IMG/VR virus record: IMGVR_UViG_3300005458_000016
DNA from: an uncultured virus (IMG/VR IMGVR_UViG_3300005458_000016)
Lineage: Duplodnaviria > Heunggongvirae > Uroviricota > Caudoviricetes
Strand: one strand, 5' to 3'
Length of the DNA stretch: 64,000 nt
Part shown: piece after piece, positions 24,487 through 32,653 of the stretch
Position numbering within the stretch: position 1 is the first letter of the stretch
Layout of the letters: every line of letters starts with the position of its first letter
Position numbers and translations under genes: made by a program
The notes under the pieces: model-generated
Told to the model about the DNA's origin: nothing
The model's input: only the letters and a program-made list of their open reading frames with translations
Databases searched by the model: none

Positions 24487-24738
24487 GGTGTCTCCCTTGC
24501 CCCGGTAGGCAAGTGTGCATGCATGCACCCGTAAAGCGCGTCACCCGATGTGTTCAGGCAAACGGTGAAATCTGCTGGTAAATCGTCCCGACCTATACCA
24601 GGTAAACATTGGATTTAGGGACACAGATAATCACCGCATGCACAGAGCACATCAGGTAATGCGCTTATCCGTCACCGTAAAGCGAACGGTTCCGTAAGTG
24701 TAATGGTGCATGCCATCTGACTAGCGGAATTAGTGTTC

Positions 24739-24897
24739 TTAGTTAGCGTTGTGGAGAATCAGCGGGAACGTGACGCGTATAACGTCAGGTTCCAGGGTCT
24801 GGATTATCCAGCCTTTGTCGTTAATGCGCTGCTCTACGATGCCGTTATCGTGCTCAACGACAGCTAGTACAACTTGCGAATTAGCCAGTGCATCCAT
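24739..24897 (-). CDS. Hypothetical protein (52 aa) inside stem 7
   Basis: ATG 24897; ORF fits between the arms. Confidence 0.55.
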   Translation of the reverse strand: MDALANSQVVLAVVEHDNGIVEQRINDKGWIIQTLEPDVIRVTFPLILHNAN

Positions 24898-25932
24898 TGA
24901 TGACTCACTTTCTCCGCTAATCAGATGGCACGCACCATCACCCATTCTTGGTGACGGGATTCCCACTCGCGACATCTGTCAACTGTCGCGTTGGGTGCAT
25001 GCTGACAATGAGCTAGGGCGTAGCTCAATCGTCGCTGGCGCGTTCAATGCCAGCCTACATATCGTCGCTCTCACTCCCGTGACGCATACTCCACCGTGGT
25101 TACGCTGGCAACTTGTGATTTCTTGGACGCGAAACATCTCGCGTTGCAACGCGTATAGCAAGCTATTCGCGCATCGCTTACCCTCACCCAATTCGCAGGA
25201 TCGGCAAGCTTTGCCAATTGCAACGATATGCTTTTAGTGACTAGGCATCTCGCCTAACGGGAATTACCCGCAACCCAACCGTTTTCCGTATGTCCCCCAT
25301 TCCCACTAGCGCGAGATGACACGTTTACCGGGGATACGGTTCACCAGCGTCAAAGTGCTGGCTACACCGTTGCTAAAGTTGTCCCCGACGTGTCACCCGT
25401 TGCCTCACAGAGCATTCTTCTGAATCCCGGTATCCCTACCGTGAGACAGATGCCCATCAAGGTCTGGGGCGGACTGTCGTCGCTTTACGCATCCACGTGT
25501 TACTCAGTGATTACCGACTGATACCTAGGATCAGGTACCGATTTTGGGCATATAGCCAAGGTAATCGCGTGCCTGGCACGTGTTACGTGGTTGTCTAGAG
25601 GTCACGGGACCGTCCCGCACATCACCCTCCAGTGTCCCCCAGGCGTGGATATAGATGCCTGGGTCTGACCTACGGGCAGAGTTCACCCGTAGCGTGTCCA
25701 CTGCGCCAGCCCATCGGGGCGGTGGCACGTGGACCATGTACATCCACGTGGCGCATGTTCTCCTGAGGCGAGCGGCGTATCCGCTCCCGCCGTGCTGGCG
25801 GCCGTGCTGACCAACACCCCAAACACTATCAAACCCAAGCACCCCACCAAAACGCGCTGACCTGCTGAAACGTAAATGATCATGCTCTGACCAGCACGTT
25901 TGCCTCTCTGCAAGTTTTCCCGTCCTTTTTCA

Positions 25933-25948
25933 TGTGACCTAGATCACA
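25933..25948. promoter_or_regulatory. Consensus CRP/GlxR binding site
   Basis: TGTGA-CCTAGA-TCACA. Confidence 0.65.
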
Positions 25949-26634
25949 CCCTCTGACCTGCGGAAACTCCGAAAAGTAATCGCTTGGATACGCTGTCCTT
26001 AGCGAGGCTAACTGTTAACGGCGTTAGCAGTGTCCGTTTTGTCTACGGACATTCCGGATATTTCGGACATGCCCGAATTGCCTGAATTGCCCTAGTTTTC
26101 GCCCTGGAATCCGAAATTCCGTTACCATTCCGTTACAATTGACGCCCGATATGTCCGTTTTGTCCAGGTCACCCCCTGTCCGAAATGCCGGGAATGTCCG
26201 AATTCAGATGTCCGTTATGTCCCCTGATGTCCGAATTGAGGCATTGACTGAACAGTCAGTCAGACTTTACTCTCCCTTTACCTTGGCTTTACGTTCTTTA
26301 ACATCTAGCGCTTTGGTAGGAAATAGGGTCTGACCTGCGGAAACACCCTAGAACCAGAATGGTAGGGAAACAGCTGAGAAGCTTCCCTATAGGAAAACTA
26401 GGGAATGCATTTATCCGCATATATCCTGAATGTCCTAGTACAGGCAGACTAGTTGCATTGCAACCAATCCTCGCCCTGGTGAGCGATCCTGTGACCTGCG
26501 ATCCTGGGACGATGCCTCTAGCTGGCTCTCAGAGAGCCACCAGGAGGGTTTTGGTACCTCTCAGGCACAATCCCCAGGGTCATTCGAACAAAGCCGTTTC
26601 AGACTCTCTCAGATGCCTCGTTCGAAAGGTACGC

Positions 26635-26651
26635 ATACCCCTACGGGGTAT
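26635..26651. promoter_or_regulatory. CsoR-type operator
   Basis: ATACCCC-TAC-GGGGTAT palindrome with C/G tracts. Confidence 0.55.
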
Positions 26652-27271
26652 GGTACTAGAACCCTATTTCGAATTTCACCCACAGAATCCCTGGTCACAG
26701 ACCTGGAATAGGCACATTGCACATGGTAGTAGTTGAAATTCGAAAAAATGTATGCTACCCTGTGATGGTGCCCCGGTGCTAGAGAAAGAGTTCGAATTAC
26801 CTCGACAACCAGGGTACACGTACAGTGTACAGGTAGCGTTCGAACACAACAGAGTGTGCCATGCTACGCTGTTCGATATTGAGTTCGAATTCTACGCGCC
26901 TCCAGAAACTCGAAATAGTGTTCGAGCGTTCGAACGTTAGTCACGCTAACGATATCGTATATGACCAGCTCAGAGGATCGTTAGCACTGCTAACCAAAGT
27001 AGTTTCCCTAGCTAACAGTAGGGATATACGATGTAGTTAGCTAGACTAACGTTACTGTGTTCGAATTACGTAGCCTGAGCTGAATTCGAACACAGGTTAG
27101 TTAGCGAGGCTAAAGATTCGCTTAGATAGAGCTGATGTTCGAAAAATGCCGTCAGACCACCAAGCGAATTTCTAGAAGTTTCTCAGCACGTAAGGTTGTT
27201 GTCTCAGTTTCTGAGTTCAGATTTTAGTAAAGTAAAATCCCTCGTACGTAAGGAATTCGAATGCAGGAATA

Positions 27272-27305
27272 CAGAAAACCCCCTAAGAGACTCCCAGGGG
27301 GTTCT
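27272..27305 (-). terminator. Intrinsic terminator of the leftward 27.3-29.5 kb genes
   Basis: CAGAAAACCCCCT...AGGGGGTTCTG hairpin with a T-run on the minus strand. Confidence 0.6.
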
Positions 27306-27321
27306 GTGTTACTCTTTGAGA

Positions 27322-27552
27322 CTAGTCTTCTAGCTGCTCATTCATCTCTTTCAGTGCCTCGAAATGCCCTGTGTCCTGGAGTTCGCAGGTAGCGCATTTC
27401 CTCCTGGTGCACATGTCCTCGTCATGCCCTGGGTTGGTGAGGATTCGTTTCAGTATCCGGATCATTCCAGGACGCCTCTCCAGTTCTGATCCTTGTGGGT
27501 AATCCTCCACCACCAGGGCTGGTGCAGGTAGTAGTGTCTCTGTCTCCCGCAT
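27322..27552 (-). CDS. Hypothetical protein with His/Cys motif
   Basis: ORF with SD; H..C...CxxC. Confidence 0.55.
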   Translation of the reverse strand: MRETETLLPAPALVVEDYPQGSELERRPGMIRILKRILTNPGHDEDMCTRRKCATCELQDTGHFEALKEMNEQLED

Positions 27553-28594
27553 GTATCGCAGAACTTGTATCTTGGTCTCGCCATGCTCCTAGGGGAAGGG
27601 GTGAATCTGTGAGGCTTGTCTCTTTTCAATTCCTGTACAGCTCCTTATGGAATATCCTCCACCATAGCGGCTGGTGCATTCTGTAGTGGCTCATCCTGAG
27701 ACAGGTTTCGCAAAACCTGTATTTAGACTGGGGGTGAGTATGCGGATCGGGGATGAACTTGTGTGCCCGTTTCTTTTTCGGGGTTCTCGTTACCATGGTC
27801 CTTCTTCCTGGTATTTATTCTCCCAGTAAGCGCGAGGATCGAATACTTCCTCGGACTGTCCTCTCAGCGGGATAGGCTCTTTCCTCCTTCTCGCGGGAAT
27901 CTCCGCCCTCGGGGTGAGGATGATCATCCCTGACAGGGTTTCCTCCGCCTCGTAGAAGACATGCTCCTGATGGGCTCTCCAGGTGACATCAATGCTCCCG
28001 TTGAGCACGGCTACCTCATGCGTGTTCAGCGGGTCCTCCTCCGGTTGAGCCCGCAGGGGCAGGTGCAGTTTTTCTTTACCCGGAACGGGTGATGCATCAG
28101 CAGTACCCTGCACCGGAAGCACGGGCGCAGTCTTCCTCTCATGGTCCCTCCTCTGGGAATAAGATCGCGGACTGTGGTGTTGCACGAGGCATGAACAGAA
28201 CTAACCTGCCATCCTACCGCAAGATCCAGTCCGGGGAGAGCAGTTATATCCTGCATCTCACTGTCGCGATAGCAGTGTTTGTCACTTGCTGCTGGCCCTA
28301 CTTTATCTGGCATGGGACAGATCAGTCTGGGGGATGGGTGTGGGATACCTCCTCCTGGACCGCGTGTCTCCTGTGGTGGCTGGGAGTGTCCCTGCTCCTC
28401 GGGGTGATCGCGGTGCTGAACAAAGCGAGAGCAGATTCTCGTCACCTCCCGTACGTCCGGAGCAAGAGGGATGCCAGGGAGCTGTCCCGCTTGAAGAACC
28501 GCCTGCTCCAGCTGAGACTGGAGGAGATGCGCTATCGCCAGGGTCTGAGGAAAGACGATTTGCGGTCTCAGGAGGACATGATAACCACCCTCCC

Positions 28595-29023
28595 TCAGGA
28601 TTTCACTTCCTTTCCCTGACTGCCTCTGTGCTCTCTTACCTCTATCCCTGCTTTCCTTGCGGCTTTCACGGTTATCGCGGTCCCGTGGGAATCATGCGGA
28701 GTCTTGCGGATGCAGTCTTCTTTCGCGCATTCATCGATGAACGCGAGCCAGCAGTCCGCGTGCATCCCCACGTACACCATCGCGGTATCCCGCATATACC
28801 CAGCGGCTTTCCCGTAGTGTCCCCACAGCGGCATCATCTGCGCGGGATGCCATCCCCTGCGAATAGCCTCTGCCTTGCACATCCCGTCAGCCCCGCCTGC
28901 ACTCCCGACGATCACCACATTCGGGTACGCGGGGTCCCCGAAATCATGGAAGGCTTTATCGAACGCCTCAGTGATCATCTCCCAGTTGTTCCAGGTGCGG
29001 GAGCCAGTCACCCCGATTATCAT
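28595..29023 (-). CDS. SLOG / YspA-like (DUF2493) protein
   Basis: VTGSR, GGADG, YGKAAGYMRD, SHGT motifs. Confidence 0.8.
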   Translation of the reverse strand: MIIGVTGSRTWNNWEMITEAFDKAFHDFGDPAYPNVVIVGSAGGADGMCKAEAIRRGWHPAQMMPLWGHYGKAAGYMRDTAMVYVGMHADCWLAFIDECAKEDCIRKTPHDSHGTAITVKAARKAGIEVREHRGSQGKEVKS

Positions 29024-29560
29024 GATTTCCCGTCATTTCCGGTAATCACCCGATAGCCCCCAGTATGAGCAGAAGGATGTAAGATACGCCAGCAATGGCG
29101 ACTGCCACGACGAACAGTATCGCGATCCCGCTGACCAGCGCCGCGAGCACGTCCATGATCGTGTTGCTATTCCTTCTCGTCACATCAGCGACAGCTTTCG
29201 GGCGCAGGTTGTTTTTCGTCCTGACGACCTTGCTCATAGTGCGTTTCTCGCTCACTACAGGTACCTGTCGATCCCGCGTACTTTCAGGCAGATACCGCAT
29301 TCGAACCCGTGCAGCACCCCGTCCTCGTGGCACCGGGCGCAGATGAACCCGATGACACGAGAGTTGCAGTGCGGGCACGTGGAGACGATCCGCCAGGAGC
29401 TGAGGTTCCGGCAGCGCATTCTTTTCCACAGGCACATGCAGGGAGGGGTCTCCTCGGAGATTCCTTCGATCAGTTTTTCGAGGACAGCAGGCATCACAGT
29501 TCCCTTCTGCGGTTGTTCGCTGGCAGCATACCCTAGTATGCCCCCAGGTGAGCGTTAGGT

Positions 29561-29588
29561 TTGACAAGATCGGCATCGCTGGTAGAGT
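29561..29588 (+). promoter_or_regulatory. Strong sigma-A-like promoter driving the ncRNA
   Basis: TTGACA (29561-66), 16 nt, TG-G-TAGAGT extended -10; predicted TSS ~29595-97. Confidence 0.7.
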
Positions 29589-29595
29589 AGTCGCT

Positions 29596-29931
29596 GAGCG
29601 CAAGCCGAAGCCGAAGTCTAAGACCAGAACCGCCAAGCTCACTATGCAGCTGCGCGGAGAAAGACGAAGACTGCTCGCTTAAAGCCTAAGCTCAGCCTGT
29701 GCTGTCATATCTACCGCAGGTGCGCAACTCACTGAGATGGGGGTTCGAATCCCCCGGGGACGGCTCATCGTCCTCTGGTCTAATGGCTAGGACGCTTCGA
29801 GACAAGACAGACGCACCTCGACCGCCGATGACAGTGACGGGCTTGTCAGCGAACCGCAATTCGCATCAGCCTGTGAAGCTGTGACAAAACACTTTTCGCC
29901 CCCCCGGGGCAAGGCTAGGTCTCGGGGGGGC
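29596..29931 (+). ncRNA. ~335-nt RNA with circularly permuted tRNA-like domain (YrlA/Y-RNA-like) and hexamer-repeat 5' arm
   Basis: T arm GGGGG-TTCGAAT-CCCCC (29739-55); 7-bp acceptor-like stem closed by a loop (29756-75); D arm TG-GTCTAATGGCTAGGAC (29776-93); enclosing helices; terminal 13-bp GC hairpin 29898-29931. Confidence 0.8.
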
Positions 29932-29953
29932 ACCTACATGGGATGAGGAAAGA

Positions 29954-30721
29954 ATGGCACGCGCACGCACGCTTTCCCAGCTGGTTTCCACGATCACGGG
30001 TATCCGAGCCCGGGATAACGATTTCGGGAAGGAAATGATCAAGAGGGTTCAGAACGAATCCCTGACCACGGGTCTGGTGAAAATTCACCACCCGCTTGAG
30101 GAGCTGACTGAGGAACAGCGCAGGGGCATGCTCCTCGGGACGCAGCCTGACGTTAACAAGCAGGTTGCGCTGACTGTTCCTGACGCGCTCCGCCAGGCAA
30201 TGGAGTACGCGATCCCGGCGCTGGACGCGGTTGCCACCAACGACCGTACCAACCAGGACGCGAACGCGGATGTCGTCCTCCCGGACGGGACGGTACTGCT
30301 TGCGAACGTCCCAGTCAGTCACCTGCTGTGGCTGGGCAAGTACCTGTCCGAGTGGCGCAAGTTCATCGCGGTCCTGCCTGTCCTCGACCCGACGAAGAAC
30401 TGGACCGCAGGGGACTCTCACGTGTACAAGGCTGACATGGAAACCCGCGTGAGCAGCACCAAGAAGGTCGTTCCCCTTGTCTTGCACCAGGGGAACGACA
30501 AGCACGCGCCCCAGGTCCAGGCAATCGAGGACACCATCCCCACGGGACACTACCAGTCGGTTGCCCTGTCTGGCGCGGTCTATCCCTCGCGGAAGCGGGA
30601 GCTGATGGACCGGTTTGATATGGTGATCGCGGCGGTGGATGACGCGACTGCCCGCGCTAACCAGACCCCGCTCGTGGACGTGAAAGAAGGGGAAGCCCTG
30701 ATGAGCTTCCTCCTGGCATAG
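29954..30721 (+). CDS. Uncharacterised 255-aa helical protein (recalled as a DUF7873-like family) directly downstream of the ncRNA
   Basis: VPVSHLLWL, LPVLDP, TKKV, KHAPQV, SGA motifs; GAGGAAAG SD; family name from memory and unverified. Confidence 0.75.
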   Translation: MARARTLSQLVSTITGIRARDNDFGKEMIKRVQNESLTTGLVKIHHPLEELTEEQRRGMLLGTQPDVNKQVALTVPDALRQAMEYAIPALDAVATNDRTNQDANADVVLPDGTVLLANVPVSHLLWLGKYLSEWRKFIAVLPVLDPTKNWTAGDSHVYKADMETRVSSTKKVVPLVLHQGNDKHAPQVQAIEDTIPTGHYQSVALSGAVYPSRKRELMDRFDMVIAAVDDATARANQTPLVDVKEGEALMSFLLA

Positions 30722-30733
30722 GAAAGGACAGGA

Positions 30734-30997
30734 ATGGCTGCCCCAGCCACGAAGGAAAACGAGAAAGCAGTAGCGGAGACGGAGCTTCTCCCCGCGATCC
30801 TCGGGGATTCCCCGATATTCCGCACAATCAGGGATGAGCAGATGGGCGCAGTAAAGGATCTCGCGGAAGCAGGTCTCACCCGGGTGGCATTTATCTCCAT
30901 GGACCGCAAGGGGAAGATGCTAGTCGATGTGAGGCTCGTCTCGTTCGAGACGCGGGACGCAGTTCTCGGGCTTCTCAATGACGAGCACATCGGATAA
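30734..30997 (+). CDS. Hypothetical protein
   Basis: AAGGA SD, coupled ORF. Confidence 0.6.
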   Translation: MAAPATKENEKAVAETELLPAILGDSPIFRTIRDEQMGAVKDLAEAGLTRVAFISMDRKGKMLVDVRLVSFETRDAVLGLLNDEHIG

Positions 30998-31175
30998 CTA
31001 CTACGACGAAGACCCGTATGAGGACGGCGAGTACGTCCCCATACGGGTTTTCTGGGATTCAGCAAGGGGGAACTGGGGATGCAGGTGCGCCAGTTTCACT
31101 CTTCACGGGAAATGTCATCATCTCGTACAGTGGAGGAGAAAAGAGGACGTTTTCCCGCTGGAAGAATACCTGTAG
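30978..31175 (+). CDS. SWIM zinc-finger protein
   Basis: WGCRC...CHH (CxC-xn-CxH). Confidence 0.7.
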   Translation: MTSTSDNYYDEDPYEDGEYVPIRVFWDSARGNWGCRCASFTLHGKCHHLVQWRRKEDVFPLEEYL

Positions 31176-31184
31176 GGAGGAATC

Positions 31185-31562
31185 ATGAAAGCTGACAGCG
31201 ACAGTATCACCGTTGACGCGGTAGCCAGGATCGTGCATAACGCGCAGCGTGACCTCGGGTACTGGCTGGACGACCCGTATCCGCCAGCCCCGTATGACGC
31301 CATCTCCGAGGTGGCACGAGCGCCTGTGCAGTCCCTGGTGCGGCTGATCGCGGCAGGATATCCCACGGAGTACGTGCAGGAAATGTGGGTGGAGAAAATG
31401 GCGCAGGATGGCTGGTGCTGGGGTCCGAGTAAAGACCCGGTAAGAAAAACCCACCCGTGCATGGTGGAGTGGAGATTCCTTCCGGAGTGGGAGAAGAGGA
31501 AAGTCCAGCTCGCGTACAACATAGTCCAGGGGGCTTTCACGGGCTCTATTGACCTCTCGTAA
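31185..31562 (+). CDS. RyR (ryanodine receptor repeat)-domain protein
   Basis: W...K...GWCWGPSKDPVRKTHPCMVEWRFLPEWEKRK. Confidence 0.8.
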   Translation: MKADSDSITVDAVARIVHNAQRDLGYWLDDPYPPAPYDAISEVARAPVQSLVRLIAAGYPTEYVQEMWVEKMAQDGWCWGPSKDPVRKTHPCMVEWRFLPEWEKRKVQLAYNIVQGAFTGSIDLS

Positions 31563-31598
31563 TTGCGGATCATCCCTGGGTAATTTATCCTAGGGGAT

Positions 31599-32225
31599 AT
31601 GCCCCCGATTATTCCCGCGCATGTCGCGATCCGCATGAGACTTAAAGACTCCGCGCAGCACGCATGGAAGCTGAATGAACGACTGGAATGCGTGATCGCG
31701 GTGAAATCCCAGACAGGACAGGGAGGGTTTCACGGGAAGATTGACCATTCCCAGCCCCCGTGGTGCGCAGCGGTCGCGCACGCGATCATGGACCTGCATG
31801 CTCGCAGCAGGGACGCGGAAGCCTGTCTGCGCATCTCCCTGAGGCTCCCCAGGAGGGAACGGGGCGGGAGTAACGGGAATACTCTCAGGGCGCTGGAGAA
31901 TATCGTGCGGCTGTCCCAGGGAGCGCAGGATAGCTATGTGATCTCGAATACGAAATGGCTGGACGGATGGTCACGGAAAGCCTCGATCGCGCTGAACGAG
32001 ACAGAACTGCCCCGGAGGCTCCCCCGGATAGAAGGTTCCCCCGAGCCCCCGTGCCCCTGGTGTCAGGGACGCACGTTGCGGATGTTCCCGCTGCACGGGA
32101 CAGTGAAATGCCTCAACCCGGAGTGCAAGGACGAGGAGGGACGACGCCCGGTGGCAAGACTGGAGTTCTTTGAGCAGGAGATGGTCCTGCGCTGGCAGGA
32201 TAGCATCATCGGGGTTCCTGCGTGA
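31599..32225 (+). CDS. Actinophage conserved protein with C-terminal Zn ribbon (possible late regulator)
   Basis: SQPPW motif; CPWC...CLNPEC. Confidence 0.55.
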   Translation: MPPIIPAHVAIRMRLKDSAQHAWKLNERLECVIAVKSQTGQGGFHGKIDHSQPPWCAAVAHAIMDLHARSRDAEACLRISLRLPRRERGGSNGNTLRALENIVRLSQGAQDSYVISNTKWLDGWSRKASIALNETELPRRLPRIEGSPEPPCPWCQGRTLRMFPLHGTVKCLNPECKDEEGRRPVARLEFFEQEMVLRWQDSIIGVPA

Positions 32226-32500
32226 GCGATGACGAGCTGCCCCGGGGGAAGGGCTGGACCGGGGTCCCTCTCGTGGAGCTGGACGGGACGAACTGGACTC
32301 TCGCGTTCGCGGCTAAACACCTGGAAATCCCCGAGGGACTGCTCCGCGAGGTCGTGAAGTATACCGGACTCTCCCCGAGCGGGACCATGAACCTCCGCGA
32401 GTACCGCTCCCAGGGGCGGGCAGCACGGGCGTATCCTGCGAAAACGCTGATCGACATCGCGGAGGCACTCATGTCCCTGAAAGAGTCACAACTGACCTGA
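32222..32500 (+). CDS. Small HTH-like DNA-binding protein
   Basis: WTLAFAAKHLEIPEGLLR, GRAARAYP. Confidence 0.5.
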   Translation: MSDDELPRGKGWTGVPLVELDGTNWTLAFAAKHLEIPEGLLREVVKYTGLSPSGTMNLREYRSQGRAARAYPAKTLIDIAEALMSLKESQLT

Positions 32501-32653
32501 AACTTTTTTCATCATCTTGCTGACAGTCCTGGTAGCGCATGTCATCCTGAGTCTACCCCAGTGGGGAGGGAGTCACCTTTCCCATGGGACGACAGGCTCA
32601 CGTCCTTCGATTCCTGAGGACCCGTGTGAGCGAACTGCAAACTCAGGAGTCAT

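Larger units (their letters stand above)
22880..24938 (-). repeat. Tandem array of seven long inverted-repeat pairs, each enclosing one small gene or a short non-coding loop
   Basis: Arm pairs 22880-904/23188-212; 23223-257/23523-556; 23560-594/23673-708; 23712-740/24156-184; 24194-220/24501-527; 24534-568/24631-666; 24703-728/24913-938. Confidence 0.85.
25850..27270. promoter_or_regulatory. Gene-free, AT-richer block dense in operator-like palindromes and short repeats (possible terminus/packaging/origin region)
   Basis: CRP box, CsoR-type box, 12x TTCGAA, 5-6x GTTAG-N5-CTAAC, TGTCCG cluster, TGACCTGC x4. Confidence 0.7.

Noticed and set aside
22880..24938. CRISPR array, integron attC cassettes or IS/MITE ends
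   Set aside because: The arms differ between units, there are no constant direct repeats, no GTTRRRY cores and no transposase/integrase or target duplications; mismatches favour RNA pairing.
26583..27261. CRISPR-like repeat-spacer array
   Set aside because: The shared unit is only 6 bp and the spacing is irregular.
29734..29800. Canonical tRNA gene
   Set aside because: The T arm precedes the D arm, the acceptor stem is closed by a loop, and there is no anticodon loop or CCA; treated as a permuted tRNA-like domain instead.
32540..32653. c-di-AMP (ydaO) riboswitch upstream of the Rpf-like gene
   Set aside because: Conserved ydaO segments (GCUGAAUCC, GGGGAACC, GUCAGCUAAC) are absent.
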